Source: Azolla caroliniana
Lineage: Eukaryota > Plantae > Polypodiophyta
Direction: 5' to 3'
NCBI GenBank assembly: GCA_043228905.1
Contig: JBHGNT010000008.1
Span: forward strand, 22,196,001-22,260,000
Length of the DNA: 64,000 bases
Made by a program: the position numbers and the translations under genes. Shown here piece after piece: positions 11,228 to 26,200 of the stretch (positions are counted from its first letter, which is position 1; each line of letters opens with the position of its first letter). The notes beneath the pieces were generated by a model. The model ran no database searches. It was not told the DNA's origin and worked only from the letters and a program-made list of their open reading frames with translations.

Positions 11228-14200
11228 ATGCCAGGAGAAATTATTACGATTCAATGTGGGCAGTGTGGAAACCAGGTAAATTAACAAACTTTCTACATAT
11301 CACCATCCTTTATTGGCTCTAGATGAAATTATTATTTTCATTTGAACTTTGTAGGTAGGTTATAGATTTTGGGATCTTGCCTTGCAAGAACATGCAACCT
11401 TCAACCCATCACGAACATTTGATCTCCCCATGAGCAGGTCCTCATTTCTACTACCCACTTACCATTTTTTCATTGATTCTTTTGGTGCTATATAAATCGT
11501 TTTTGTTTTTCTTCAGTTTCTTTAGAAATGTGGACACCCGGTATATGCCTTCACTTGAGCTTCCAGTCTGTGATGGAAAATCTGCTATTCAGTCTCTTGA
11601 GGTATGTATTTTCAAGTACTTTTTTTCCCTCATAACTACTGTATTTTTGTTTTAATCCTCTACATGATATCAAGGGTTTGGCTTTAATGAAGCCTCCCTT
11701 TTCCCAAGAAAGTAGACAACTCAACCAACTTTTAACCTTACACATATTAAGTGATTTGGAAGCATATAATCCTAGGACAGAACATCTAAATGCCCCTCCT
11801 AGGTAACCTTGGGCTCACTCAAAAGTCAGTGGCTACCAAATCCACTGTCATAACTAGGTAATTTACTACTAGATAGCCAACTCTAGTTAGGTTATCAATG
11901 CCCTGAGTATATAAAGACACTGCCAAATGCCACTAGTATTTGGAACTACTAACACTATTCTATTTTGCCTCTCATTAAGAACCAGTTAAACATGGCTTAC
12001 CCTTAGTAGAAAACCTGATTCTGGACAACATATGCTAACAAAATAATTTGACTTTCATATAGAAGCATTTGAACCCAAGACCTTGACATGCAAAACATCA
12101 TAAATCAAGCATAGGTCAGCCCAAGATATGAAAATTTGAACCCAATACCTTCCTACGTATGTCTATTACTCCAGCCATTTTTATACATATTTAATCCATA
12201 ACAACATGGTGATGAAGTCATAACTAAAAGGAAGAATTAGTGGTAGGAATGAATGAGAGAACAAGATATTTACTTGTCAATTAGGCCCGAGCAATTCTTG
12301 TTGACATGGAAGAAGGAGTTCTCAATCAGTTATTAAAGGTGACTCTGATTTCTTGTATTTATTATTGTATATGATGTTTTTTTGCAAGAGATCCAGTTTA
12401 ATTACCCATACAGACAGTCTCTCTGTCTTTCTCTCCAAAGTGCCTTATTCTGATCAATTATGATTTCTTTCCTCATATAAATAAACATCAAAATTTCTCA
12501 GGGACCTCTGTCGAATTTATTCAAGTCAAAACAGTGTATTAATGGAGTTTCAGGCTCAGGCAATAATTGGTAATCATGTTAACATTGTTTGCTATTCATA
12601 CCAGCGTTAATATTTAATTGTGTATTAAAATTAAAATGCTACTTAACTAATCTCTTTCTTGTGGATATAGTTTACCGTTGATCTCGGAATTCTATTTATA
12701 AAGAATCATCTTATTGTATAGGGCACATGGACATGATGTGTATGGTCCACAATATGCAGAAGCTGTGGCAGATAAAATCCAATCTGAGGTAAGAATTTGT
12801 TTTTTCTTTATCAAATGGTTTATAAACAAGTTTTATCAGTTCAGGCAGAAACAGGCAGCAAAATGTATGCTTGAAACAGGCAGAAAAATGTGAATCTTTA
12901 CAAAGCTTTTTAATGCTGCATTCACTTGGCGGGGGAACAGGCTCTGGCCTTGGTAGTTATATTATGGAGCTTCTCAGTGTAACCAAACTCTTCTTGCCAG
13001 CATATCTTGTGACTTTTTCAATTCTTTTTCAAGATCTGATGCTTATTAATAAAGGGATTGATAGGACATGTTCCCTGAAGTGCAACGCATTTCTGCTTCA
13101 GTTTTCCCCTCAAATTATGACGATGTGGTAACATCTCCCTACAATAGGTGGGTCATTTGTTTTGGGCAATATTTTTGCTTCCTTTTCTATTTGTGTCATT
13201 GATCTGAGAAAATGAATGCAGTCTTCTTTCAATGAGAAGCTTAATCGAGCATGCAGACTTTGTATTGCCTGTTGAAAATCAAGCACTTTGTGATCTATTA
13301 GAGTAAGAAGTACATACCAAAGATTGTGTTCTCTATATCTGGCATTATTTTCATTGCTAACATGGATTACAACCTGAATTCCTCAAGTAAAGTGGAGTTT
13401 CACAATGCAAAGAATGCCAAAATCTCTGCACCAAAGAGCGTTAAAAGCCGCAGACATCCGTTGGGCAAAGCTTTTGATGGATTGAATGGGATAATTGCAA
13501 ACCTTCTCTTGCACTTAACGAGTTCTGTACGATTTCCAGGATCCTTAAATGGTAAGGATACTAGCATCAGAATATTCTCAAAGTACATGTCATATTGTAT
13601 TCTTAGCTTGGAGAAATGTACAGGGTCTGATGTGTTCTGATTCTGTCTAGTGAAGGTATTTTCTTATTCATAGCTATCGTCATGTCGTGGCTGAGGCAAT
13701 GATAAAAACTCAGTTTGTTGGTTCTCTTAGGACCCAACAACTACTATTGCATGTTGCTGACATGAGTAGGTATGACAAACCGTGTGGACGAGCTATTCAT
13801 GATGTGATTTTTTGTTTCTTGTAACAGTTGATCTGAATGAAATCTCAGCAAATTTAGTGCCTTACCCAAGGTTACATTTTCTGGTATCAAGTTTATCTCC
13901 ACTGTATGCAGTAACTGTAGGTATGGAAATGTTAAAGCACTTCATGAAGTACAATGTATAACTTTCATACAGCTGCCTTTGGGATGAAGCTGATTGCTTC
14001 TTCTTTTTAAACCAGAAAAGGCATCACAGAAAACATCTGCCATTAACCAGGTCCTGCCAGATTCCATTAATATCAAGGAAAAACAAGCAGCAAATAAATA
14101 AATAAACCTGATTTTTTGTAGATTCTCTACTGTAGCTTTTCACAGATGTTGTCTTACCCAAGAATCAACTTATCAAGGCAAATCCTCTTGCTTCAACTTA

Positions 14201-14804
14201 CTTGGCATGTGCATTCTTAATGAGAGGGAACTGCTGCAACATTTCTGACTTGAACCACAATGTGTGCCTAACTAAACAAAGGATGAACATGGTTGTGCCT
14301 ATTTTGTACGTCAATATACTGGACTGTTTGCATATTTTCTAGCTCTAATGTGTTGTGTTGGCAGGTTCATTGGAATCCAGAGGGTTTTAAATTAGGACTT
14401 TGCAATCACCCCCCTCTAAATGCTCCTCAAGCTCTCTTGTGTTTAGCCAATAATACCTGTATTCGGTAACTGATTTATACAAACACATTATTTTGAGACT
14501 ATATATAAATGAAAAGGGGTGCTAACTCTGATGTCATTCATTTCAGGTACCAATTTAAAAGTATGAAGGAAAGATTTGAAAAACTCTTCAAGAAACGTGT
14601 GTATGTTCATCATTACACTCAATATATGGATCATGGAATGTTTAACCAGTCGTTAGGTAAAACATTGACATCTGTATTAATGTTGAAATGCCAATAGAGA
14701 AAAGCTTTCTTTGATCCTAAGGTCTACAAATTGCTTTAACAGAGGAACTTAACACATTGATCATGGAGTATGCTACTCATGACAATTCCTACGTGGCCAA
14801 CTGA
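11228..14804 (+). CDS. TUBE1: Epsilon-tubulin (many short exons)
   Basis: Spliced exons give [134 protein letters not shown], ending [12 protein letters not shown] (TGA 14802-14804). FFRNVD, DMEEGV and NNWAHGH are epsilon-type signatures (as in Chlamydomonas BLD2). Confidence 0.92.
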
Positions 14805-16108
14805 AGGGAACATTCTTCTCATGTTCTGCATTCATCAGGAGACAACACCTTATTTCCATCAATTATTCCCCGTGAAAAGCATCCTACTTGACATTACCCC
14901 ATGACAATTCGCACTACAGTGTCATACTCAACTACAAGGATGGAAACCTAAACTGAAAACATGCAGATAATTATTGTTAGTGTTTTGCACATGATTACTC
15001 ATTTATCACCAGATACACAGCTCTCAGGTACTTTATAATAAAACTGGTTGGTATCTCTTTCAATGAAATCTTTGTCCACCTGCAGCTAACAAATCTTGAT
15101 CGTACCAAGAGTGGTTCTGAAAATAGGCAACAATATGTTGTGCACAGAAATGAATCTGGTGCATCCAATAACAAGATACAATGGTCATCAAATTTGTTGC
15201 CCAAACAGCTGCTCTCTTCACAGTATATATCGACAGGACCAGAAGAGAGATACATAATTCAGTAAAAAAGAGATCAAGTGGTCAAACATGCAGAAGATAT
15301 ACAAACATGATTCATTCAATAATGTGCTGTATTTTAGAAACATGATTCATTCAATAAAATTTGGCATTATAATAGAAAGGGATACAACCTTGGAAGTTTT
15401 TGGATAACACAGTGAAGCAAAATATTATGTCAGCCACAAAAATTTAAGACAGGACAACCCAAGAAATATTCTTTGTCCACTTACAGTTTAAACCCAAAAT
15501 GAACAAAAATCTGTGTACATACCATGGTAACTATTATGACGGAATTATTTTGAGCTATATAGTGAACATTCCTTAGTTGGCTTAGAGCATAACTATGCAT
15601 GCAAGACAAATTTATACAACTAATCACATAGACCTTGAATGAAGGATGATCGCATTTAAAAATGATATTAAATAGAGAGAATACTCAATGTTTTATGTGT
15701 TTTGTTATATGCCTATGAGTTTAAATCTAAAATTCCTTGGGGCTCAATTTCCTTAAAATATAAACAATCCAAAAGTGCACATGATCATAACATTGGTTCT
15801 TTCCCAAGTCTGTGTTTTGACATATACAATGTAGTCCCCTCTTTGTTTGCCCATGTTGGCACACTTTTTTGTGAAGATAATTTCCAAGTCTCTGCATGTA
15901 TCTAAACCATTTTTTGTTCCTCATGTATATACACACTTGCAAAGATACCTCCCTGAGTAGTTGCATGTCAAAAGACTTTTGATCCTTTCATTAGAAGTAT
16001 GCATGGTAGAAGAGATATATTTGCATTCTTTGGGCACCAATAAGTGAATGCTCAAGCTTTAAATGAACGGGTTATCACTTATCATGAAGACAAAATTTAC
16101 ATTTCAAA

Positions 16109-18457
16109 CTAACATTTCCATTGTTGTTTCCGTCCTTTCAAATCTTTTGGTGAGGAAACTGGCTTCTGTGAGCTGTCCTTGTGCTGCTTTTTACTCTCTG
16201 AGGCTATAGGTGTGTACAATATTCCAAACAATTCTTTTATATATTTATTCACTCTCTTGGTATCCCTGATGTTGAGACCATGGAAGAGAAGCTCTAGTGT
16301 TGTGTCATTTGGGGAGCATCCTATAACTCTCATATCATCCAAAATCTTGAAGAGCTCACTTAACATATTATCACTCGACAAACTATCAAGCAACACATTA
16401 TATGTCAATATATCAGGTCGATGCCCCTGATTCTTCATTTCTTTGTACAGTAAATATGCCTTATTTATTTGCTTGCCACTGCATAAGTGATGTACGAGTG
16501 ATTTGTAAGTACCAGCCTCAGGGCCATAACCAGCCTCTTTCATGCATTCAAAGACGTCTAATGCTTGCTCTAGATTCTTATTCTCACAAAGCCCCTTGAT
16601 TAGTATAGAATAAGTAGAGGTCACTGGTACACACTCAACTCTTAGCATATACTCATACACCTTCATAGCAAAATCAACATCTCCAACTTCCAATAGACCA
16701 GCAATGAGCAATGAGTATCTCTGTGCATCAAGTACAATATCACTCCCTATAAGGGGCTTGAAAAGATCAACTGTTCCTGTCATGTGATGAATATTGCCAT
16801 CTATCAATGCTGCATACGTAGTTTTATCAGGGTGGATGGATTTTTGTTGCATTTCATGCAAAATCTGTCTAATATCATCAATTCTCCCTGCTTTACTGAG
16901 ACCTTTCAGAATCGCATTGAAAGTTATCCTTGTTGGTAAGCATCCCTGCTCCATAACCACATATAGAAGTCTTAATGCTTCATTTGTTTTTCCTGCAGTA
17001 ATAAGACCTTGAACTATAGGTGTCCAAAAACTGATGTCCACGGCACATCCTTGTGTTGATAGATCATTTACAAACTCCATTGCTTCAGACAACTTACCTG
17101 CCTTGCAAAGGCCAGTTACAAATGAACACAATGTATATTTTTCAGGGATGTAACCAATTTCTATCATCTGGCGAAATAGACTGTGCAAATCATCTATTTT
17201 TCCTTCTTTAAAAAGGCCCTGCATAAGCTCTTTGAAAAGTAAAGTATTTGAAACAAGGCCATTCTCTTTCGCTATTTGCACAATATTACAAGCCTCTTTG
17301 ACTTTACCCAACTTCAGAAGGACAGGAATCATGGCAGAATATGTATGGATAGTGGGACTATAACCTTTTTGCTGCATTTCTGATAGGAGATTCTGTGCCT
17401 CCTCGAGTTTTCTCTTTTTACACAACCCTTTCACCATTATGGTATAAGTATCAACTGTTTTTTCCCCAACTCCATTCATCTTTTGAAAAAGCATCCAAGC
17501 TTCATCAATTCTTGCTTGCCTACAGAGGCCATCAAGCAAAATGTTAAAAGTGAGAATGGTAGGAGTGATTGATTCTTCCGACATCTTCTCAAGAAGCTGA
17601 AAAGCTTCATCCACTTTAGAGAGGCTACAAAATCCAATCATTAATGTATTGTATATGGAAACATTTGGATAAATCCCAGAGTCCTTCAATTTCTCTAAGA
17701 ATTCATAAGCATCATGAACTCTTTCTGCTCGACAAAGATGTCCAATAAGGCTATTAATTGTCCAAGCATCAATACATCCGGGCATTCTGACCACGTCCTC
17801 AACAAGCTTTAAAGCTTCATTAATGTCATTGGCTTTGCAAAGAGCATTTGTAAGCATACCCACAATAGCCAGATCAGGTTTTACATCATTTTCTCTCATT
17901 TCTACATAAATCCTCATGGCTTCATCAACATCACCATTTTTCACAAGAGTGCTAATAACACAATAATAAGTGCTAGCCTCATGTGCAAATCCAGATTCTG
18001 ACATTTTACGGAAAACATTTAGGGTTTCTTGAAACATACCTTTTTCAGCCATAGACTTGAACATAAACCCAAAAGTGGAACTTGAAATGGAGCATCCTTC
18101 TTCTTTCATTTCACCCAGAATTTTCTCAAGCAAATCAAATTTCTTAGCTTTACAAAGAGAATGTAGAACGGCACTATAAGCCAAACCATTATGCTTATAC
18201 CCTTTCTTATAACCACGGTGTAGACGAGCCAAGTTCAGCATATGATAAGCATAAATAGGGTCCTCTTGTTCCATTATGGCTTCTCTTACAGCGGTTAGTT
18301 TGAGTTTTGAGCCAAAAAGCTGAATTGGGTCTAGTTCTAGAGTTTGATCAGAGCTATGGAGAAGCTTCTGAAAAGATCTTGGTTGAGAAAACACGTTGGA
18401 GATTTGGGTTCTCCTACATTGCGTCAAAGCAAGACAAAAATTCTTTGATGAAGGCAT
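16109..18457 (-). CDS. P-class pentatricopeptide repeat protein, intronless, about 782 aa, probably organelle-targeted
   Basis: Long array of 35-aa repeats (e.g. IYNTLMIGFCSLSKVDEAFQLLEKMSEESITPT). No E/DYW domain. First ATG is at 18457 (MPSSKNF). Confidence 0.95.
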   Translation of the reverse strand: MPSSKNFCLALTQCRRTQISNVFSQPRSFQKLLHSSDQTLELDPIQLFGSKLKLTAVREAIMEQEDPIYAYHMLNLARLHRGYKKGYKHNGLAYSAVLHSLCKAKKFDLLEKILGEMKEEGCSISSSTFGFMFKSMAEKGMFQETLNVFRKMSESGFAHEASTYYCVISTLVKNGDVDEAMRIYVEMRENDVKPDLAIVGMLTNALCKANDINEALKLVEDVVRMPGCIDAWTINSLIGHLCRAERVHDAYEFLEKLKDSGIYPNVSIYNTLMIGFCSLSKVDEAFQLLEKMSEESITPTILTFNILLDGLCRQARIDEAWMLFQKMNGVGEKTVDTYTIMVKGLCKKRKLEEAQNLLSEMQQKGYSPTIHTYSAMIPVLLKLGKVKEACNIVQIAKENGLVSNTLLFKELMQGLFKEGKIDDLHSLFRQMIEIGYIPEKYTLCSFVTGLCKAGKLSEAMEFVNDLSTQGCAVDISFWTPIVQGLITAGKTNEALRLLYVVMEQGCLPTRITFNAILKGLSKAGRIDDIRQILHEMQQKSIHPDKTTYAALIDGNIHHMTGTVDLFKPLIGSDIVLDAQRYSLLIAGLLEVGDVDFAMKVYEYMLRVECVPVTSTYSILIKGLCENKNLEQALDVFECMKEAGYGPEAGTYKSLVHHLCSGKQINKAYLLYKEMKNQGHRPDILTYNVLLDSLSSDNMLSELFKILDDMRVIGCSPNDTTLELLFHGLNIRDTKRVNKYIKELFGILYTPIASESKKQHKDSSQKPVSSPKDLKGRKQQWKC

Positions 18458-20277
18458 GGAAATAAGAAAACACACACACACACACGGAAGTTCTTCCCCT
18501 ATTCTTTCTTCTTAACAGAAGACATGGGAAGGGAAGATACATATGTCCCTCCCCCCCCCCAAACAAAAAAAAACACTCACATATACACACACTTTCTCGA
18601 CTCGAACATGTTTCATACCACGAGAAACTTTCACCTTCTGTTTTATCCCACATCAAAGAATCTGAAGGTACCTCGTTGTAAGTCCTTAATGCTTTGCTTA
18701 ATTCGCAACTGTTAATCTTATGAGGCCTACCGGGTATTTCAATAATAAGGTTGTTAAACACATTTATTGCACCGCCTAAAGGCTTGATTTATATAAGCTA
18801 AAATTACACGTTTTAAATTTCGCAATATTGGTGTTGGTGGCAATTTAACATTCATCATATTTCATGAAAATTCGATACACGGAAAACCCCAACAAATACC
18901 CGTTGTTTTTCCCAAATGCTCTCAAATTTTTCATGGTTTCATTGAGGGTCTTGGCCCTTGTGAAATAACTAACTTGGGCACATTTGAGGAACTAATGGAG
19001 AACCTCTTAGCTTTCCTAGCATTTGGCTTGATATATCATTGATCATGATGACTAGGTGTATATGATTGTAGCCATTTTGCTTTTAACCAATAGGCTCCAA
19101 ATATTGTTTTACCAACTATTACAAGAGCTCCAAAGATTGATTTCAAGATTGTGTGTGCGTGCCTATGTGTTCATGCATATTAAAGTAGTCTTGAAATCAA
19201 TGTTTCGCCTTTGTAATTTTTTTCATTTTCAATATCGACTTTTATATTTTCCTTCTTGGTTGTAGTATGTACTATGTTCATTATCATGCTATGCTTACTA
19301 CATCTATTTGTTACTATTGAATGAAATTTGAATATAGAAACTTTTGGCATTAACATACAATATTGTGTTGTGCATGTGTTCTTATGTGCATCTCACAATA
19401 TCACTAGATAACTTTATTCAATCAATCAAAACTTTGAGATAAGATTCAACAGATATATTTGCAATTTCATATTGAACTAACATCCTCCTTACAATCATTT
19501 GCAACATTTGAGTGAAAGCTACCAAAACACAAATAGAGTTTCGTAAATGTCGAGGTGTTTCATTTCACTCCACGTTGCTTTTATATCAATTGCATATCAC
19601 ATAATACAATTTTCAACTCATGGTTAGATGTATGAATTTCTATTCAAGAGCAAGCGATACAAACACCTCATTCATCCCATGATTATCAAGGATAGTGCCT
19701 TCATTTAAATGCAATGGAAACCGACCACATACAAATCCAAGTCATATTGCTATAGGCCTTGTATATACACCAAGTCCCCTTCAATTGCCTCAACTTATAG
19801 CCATAACAGAGCTTTGTTGCCTTTATTCACATGGATGTAGACAACAAAAATCATTGACTTCAACAATTCTACTCAACCTTATCAATAAAAGTGATGTGCA
19901 ATTGGTATTAGGTTGAAAAGAGGGGTGAATGTTCCAATATAGTTTGACAATTGTGATGAATAAGGTGTGTTTACTTACAGGATTTTGATTAAATTGTTAT
20001 ATTTCCATACACTCTCATGATCTGCATTGCTACAAAATAGAGAGGATAAAAAAGGACGTCAAGTCCGCACTCGACCATGAAGGCGACAAACTCTACACAA
20101 TGAATGTTGGCATCAAGTGCAGCTCAAAATTTCGAGTGTCAACAGACCGACGTGAAAATAATAGACTGACAAATAATGAAATGTTAAAGAAGCTCGGAAT
20201 ATTCAAGAATGGCATGTAATAAAATGGGTGGCATAGCTCTCCTACCTCATTGTTTTATTTAAGTGTTGGAAGGTCAA

Positions 20278-23200
20278 TCATGATGAACTATTAGTTTGAG
20301 ATAATGGTGAGCCTTTTTCAACATCCACTTCATATACAGAATCTTTAAAGGTCTTCGCTGAATGTGTTGTTTTCTTCACTTTATTGTGATGCCCTGGTAC
20401 CATGTTTCTCCTATTATATTCTGATTGAAGAAGCAATGAATTGGCCATTACACCTAGTGAACTTATTCCCATCAAAGCCCCGGCAAGTGATGGAGTTAGC
20501 ATTGTGTTAGTTATCGGTAGGAGAACTCCAGCAGCCACAGGCAAACCCACCTGCATGGAAGTTCATAGACATTTGTGATTCGGCATTTTCACAGATGTAC
20601 ACACGAGTGCGGACAACTTGCTATGGAATTAACAAGAACTCAACTGCAAAGCATGCATTGAAATATGTGGGACGTTTTCAAGATCAAATACTTGGACAGA
20701 GTTGGCCAATTGGGTGGGGCCAGTTTCAAGATGGTGTAGCCAATGAAGTTTGTGCTTTGCAATGTTGAAGTTGTGTGTTCGTCTTTGATCAATGTGTTTC
20801 ATGGTGGGTTTATTATGAGAACTCGTTCACATTTTCAGTTTGAGATCATGCATGCAAAGTTTAGAGTTCACAAATCTGTTATTATTATTAGTTTTCACAA
20901 CCCAATCTGCTGTAAAGCTAAACAAGATGAATATTAGGCAAGCATTCTTACACCAAATAGCATATAGAGGGTGACCTATTGCATACGGTGACATAGCTGT
21001 CATGGCCAAAATGGATCGTTAATCTATCATGATCAGCATACCATAATCGAATTGTCCCAGACAAAAACAGACTGAGTGAGTATTAGGGAAGGATTCTTCG
21101 AAGGATACAATGTATGATGGAGAGTAAACTATTGGGTAGGGTAAGGTAGATGGCTATCATTGGCTCGAATTGATGCTCAACCTATCATGAACATGTCCCT
21201 CTCCAAATAATGTGATGGAAATTAATCGCTAGCTATTATGGAACAGTTTTTTAAGTAGGCTATGGTTAGATGATGATACTACATATGCACAACTGTACTC
21301 AGTAACTTCAAGCATAGATTTGATTCAATATTGCAATCATATACATGTCACCCTTTTCTACCTTTTATTAAAAACAAATCATTGGCAATTTCAATCATGT
21401 TTAATGAGATAAAACAAGAGGTACTCACAATGTTGTACATAAATGCCCACCATAAGTTTTGCTTGATTTTCCTTAGCGTCATTCTGCTGAGCAAAAATGA
21501 ATCTACTATCTGCATAAACAAACACTACTTCAATCATGCAAAATAACAAACATGACGGGTCCTTTACTGTGCCATTTAATAGTGTTGGCATAATGAGTCT
21601 TGTCTCTTTTCGAATAGACCATATTATTAATGAGCCATCTTTGAGATCATCCTCAAAGTTCTGAAACACTAGTGATGTACCTTTTCTGATATGGATAACT
21701 GATTCCTAACAGAATAAAATATAGTGTGTGGCATACGCCTAATAATAGAGAAACAGAAATTTACTAACTCAGAAGTTGATAAAGTTAGCAAATCAAAACT
21801 ACCTGTGATAACCTGCCATGCATCAGAACTATAGAGGCTACTTCACTTGCTGCTCCTACACCACCAACCATTGCAATACCCACATCTGATTGTGCCAGTG
21901 CAGCTGCGTCATTTATACCATCGCCAATCATTGCTACTATCTCACCTTTCTTCTGTAAATTAAGTATCAACTCAGCTTTTCCAGAGGGTCTCACTCCTCC
22001 ATAAACCTGCACCAAGAAAGAAGACAGAATTCTGTTTATGCCCACAGAATTTCTGAAACAGGTATGAAATAATTTAAACCATACATTTTCTTTATCAATT
22101 CCAACTTGAGCAGCAACAGCCTGAGCAACAGTAAGTTTATCTCCAGATAAAATAATTGTTTTTATGCCCATTTTATGGAGAGACTGCGTAGTTAGTGCCG
22201 CATCATCCCGAATTTTATCTGTCATGGATATTGCCCCAGCTAAAGTATCATCTATTCCAATATACACTACACTATGGCCTTCCATTTCTTGCCCAAATTC
22301 TGGAACAGGGCCTGTTGCACCGAATCTTGTGAAAGCAGAAGCATAAATCACATTTACAAAATGATAAAGACAATTCAAGCATTACTACGAAAGTACTACT
22401 CCTTAATGAATATCCCCACAAAAGTAGACAGAATAATTACAACATTCCTCTACGAAGATAAATACCTCCTATATCACAAAACATACAATACCTGTTAACC
22501 CACTCTAATGTACCCACTGCAACTCTCTTTCCTTCAACAACAGCTGAAGCACCAGCACCTGGTTCTTGTTCAAAGGTCCCATCATGTACCTACAAAGGTC
22601 ACAACAATTGTAGCCAATAAAAGTTTCCAAATGTCTATGATAAAATGACTTGATTGCCACCATGTGTTTTCTGGAATTAATCATATATCAACATAATTCA
22701 TGGTGTAACAGAACTTCCTTTGATATGATGCATTTAAAAAGAGAGGTAGACTCATCCTTTTTCATATGAGAAAAGAATGGGATCCTATACCATGGTTGCA
22801 AGAAACTTCAAGAAGCATGTAATACAGCACCTCATTCTTTTTTTTTAGTAGCAGTAATTAAGAAAGTAAGTTGTCACCTTTACAAGTCTACAGCCCGCAT
22901 CTTTAGCGGCTTGTACCAAAGCTTTCGCTATAGGATGAGATGCAGTGCGCTCCACTCCTGCTGCCAATGATAATATTTCATACTCACTCCACGAATTATG
23001 TTCCATATCTCTGTCCATGCCAAAAATAAAGTGATTAAAGTATTAAAAATGGCTCTGTAGTATACACCATCCAAATCCTTTGTCTGGAGTCCTCTTAACT
23101 GCTACCTGGAAATTGATTCTTCGTTATTTCCCGATCCTATTTTCAGTTGTGAACTTAACAAAACTTTTGTTACTTCGGGTTTTCCAATGGTGAGAGTTCC

Positions 23201-26200
23201 AGTCTTGTCAAATACAACAGTATTGACAGAAGAAATACTCTCCAGTACATCACCTCCTCGAATGAGTAAACCTCTTTTGGCACCAAGAGATGTACCGACC
23301 TGAAATAAAGCATGCACAATTTATACAACTTAACTGAATAATAGAATTTACAAAAGATGCATCCAGCAAGAAAGATTAGTCGAAAAGAAAAGGTCTAGTC
23401 CTACCAGCACAGCAGTAGGTGTGGCAAGGCCAAGAGCACAAGGACAGGCAATCACCTACAAAAGAGTTAACAAGTTGAGATTATAATTGATATTTCCTTT
23501 TAAAAAAACCTAATCATTATTCAGAAGGATTAAAATTTATGCCAAACATAGGAACCTCGAGAGACCAGCCCAATCTACAAAACTTTACATATCACGTCCA
23601 TCTATACAGCTGTGGGCATTTAATTTCTTAGTTTTTGCACAAAAATAGAGCTTTTATTAACTGTACATAGAGACCTTAACATGCAGTATAATTATGACGG
23701 AATTAGATCATTGGATGTTTTATTATAGCTCATCTGCAACACTAATGAGCACAACCTACAAGACATTGTTCAGCTGGAGGAAACTCGTGCACCTCACATA
23801 ATTTGTACATGTCATAGAATTGACATTGTCTGTGATTCTATGAATAGTAGAGAAAAGTTACCAAGACATTGCAAGCTAGTTGCAGTGCAAGCAGCAGTGC
23901 TCCACCCGCAGGAATGACAGTGGGGAAAAGTTGTAGTCCGAGTGTATTCCAAAATACAAATGTCACTCCTGAAAGGGCCATTACACCATAACAAAATTGT
24001 CCTGCTACCTAGAAGTAGTACCAGTCAATCAGTGCTTGTGCTACGGCTTCATTCCAAAATGCATGCTTTACAGCTGAGATAATCGTCACCTTGTCAGCAA
24101 GTCTTTGAACAGGTGCCTGTCTGGTCTGAGCTTCTTCTACCATTTGAAGTACATCACCAATTACAGTCTCACCTCCGGGACGCTTTCCCTCTACTATCAA
24201 TGTGCCATTGTAGTTCACAGTGCCTGCATCAACGGCATCCTATCAAGACAAGAATTGTTAGGTCAAATCATTAGCTTAGAACATTGGTCCCATTTTAGGA
24301 AAAACTTAAATATGTTGGAAAGTTACATACCCCCTGCTTTTTTAGAACAGGAAGAGGTTCTCCAGTCAGACTTGATTCATCAACAGTACTTCTCCCTCCA
24401 ACAACCACACCATCCACAGGAATCCGGTCCTATAGCAAAATCAAGATGCATTCAGTACACTGGTGTTGGGACAAGATATGCTGGAGAGCAAATATTAAAA
24501 CGTTATGCTCACATATACTAATCAAAAGTCATACCCCTGGCAAAACCAACACTTTATCTCCGACTACAATGCTATCACGAGCTACCTCCACAGTTGTGGG
24601 TGGACCATCCTCATTTTCTTCAATAATAAGATTTGCATTTGTTGGCAAAATGGTCAAAAGTGATGTCATGTCACTGCTTGCTTGAATCTTTGCTCTTTCT
24701 TCAACTGCCTTTCCAAGGAGAACAAACGCAAGCAGCATCACAGGCTCTTCAAAGAAGGCTTTCCATCCCTGAAGCATTTAGCCTTTATATCAGAAAATTG
24801 TATACCATACTGAAATATAGAAGGACAAAACGCAAAAGAAAAGTTAACAATGATCCAAAATATAATGCCGAATATCTATCTATATTAAATATGTTGAAAA
24901 GCTAGAAGACCCGGAGAAAAAATCATTCATCAATATGTTCTTGTGGCAAGCACATACCAATTTTGGCAAAAGAGCAGCTACTGCACTGACAGAGAATGAG
25001 GATACTGCTCCAAGACCAACTAAGGTATTCATGTTGGGTACTCCCCTTAAGAGACTCTTGCATCCATCAACAATCAGTTTTCGGCCTGGGCCCATTAGTG
25101 CCAAGCATGAGAGAGACATCTGAAACCCAGTAGAATGTAAAAGATGTAACCAAGATGGTGCAACGTGGCCAAGGAAATGAGAGCTATGCCCAACCAAACA
25201 AACTGCTGCAAGAACACAAGCAACCACCAACCTCCTCCCTGCATGGGAGAAACTCTACTTCTTAAAAGTAAATGTATCGTAAATACGCTATTGACTGTTT
25301 CATTTTTTAGAATTGGATTCTTGATGAAATTTCACACGTACCACTATCCTTCAGACGAACTAGCCTCTCCTCTCTTTTCTTCAACGCAATTGATGCTCCA
25401 CTTTCTCCACTTCCATGGGACCTATCTGATAAGAACAATATGCAGGAGCATTCAAATACTAGGCTAAAGAATGGAATCAGAATCAACGTGTTCATTTTTT
25501 AATTATTTGATTCACATGTTCCACAGCCTTTGATGTCCAGAAAATACAACTGTCATGGAATTCCTCAGGAAAACCAACCCTGGTATAAATCATAGATATA
25601 AAGAATCCTTCAGAAACATACAATACTCAGTGTCACAAACACTGGCCCATGATAATACAAAATACATCAATAACAGAAATATTCTCCTGAATGGTATACA
25701 GAAATACAACGCAAATTTGCACATAGTACATAGCATCACATCCAAGCGAGAAAGAGGATTAACTCTTTTAGGATTGAAAGAAAAATGCACAACCAGCAAA
25801 AACATTTTTTGCAGTTGTATAGTTAAATGCAAATAATTGTAGATCATGCCCAATTTGCTTCAGCCTTCCAGATAGTTATACAGAAAAAAAGGGTCCAAGA
25901 TAACCTTCCACATAAGACAAGGCTACATTTAAATATCTTCCCTTGGCAATTCTACTAAAATCTGTTTGTTTATCCTAGCACATAAAACTACACCCTTGGT
26001 TCCTTTGGTTTTGCAAGTGAAACAATTCAGCTTTGAATCCCGCAATCACCAATTCTTTTTCATTGTATCGCGTCAAACACTTGACTGACCGCTCCTTTAC
26101 ACTCCAATAGGTTCTTCTGCAAAGATCATATTCATCTAGCTCAGAAGACTATGTAAAGCTCCTATATCTATAAATGACACTCATTTTTTATTCTCTTTTA

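Noticed and set aside
14995-15255. 86-aa ORF sharing DAPDS.FLCT with an antisense frame of the PPR gene
   Set aside because: The nucleotide match is too short and no PPR-like frame is present, so it is probably coincidental.
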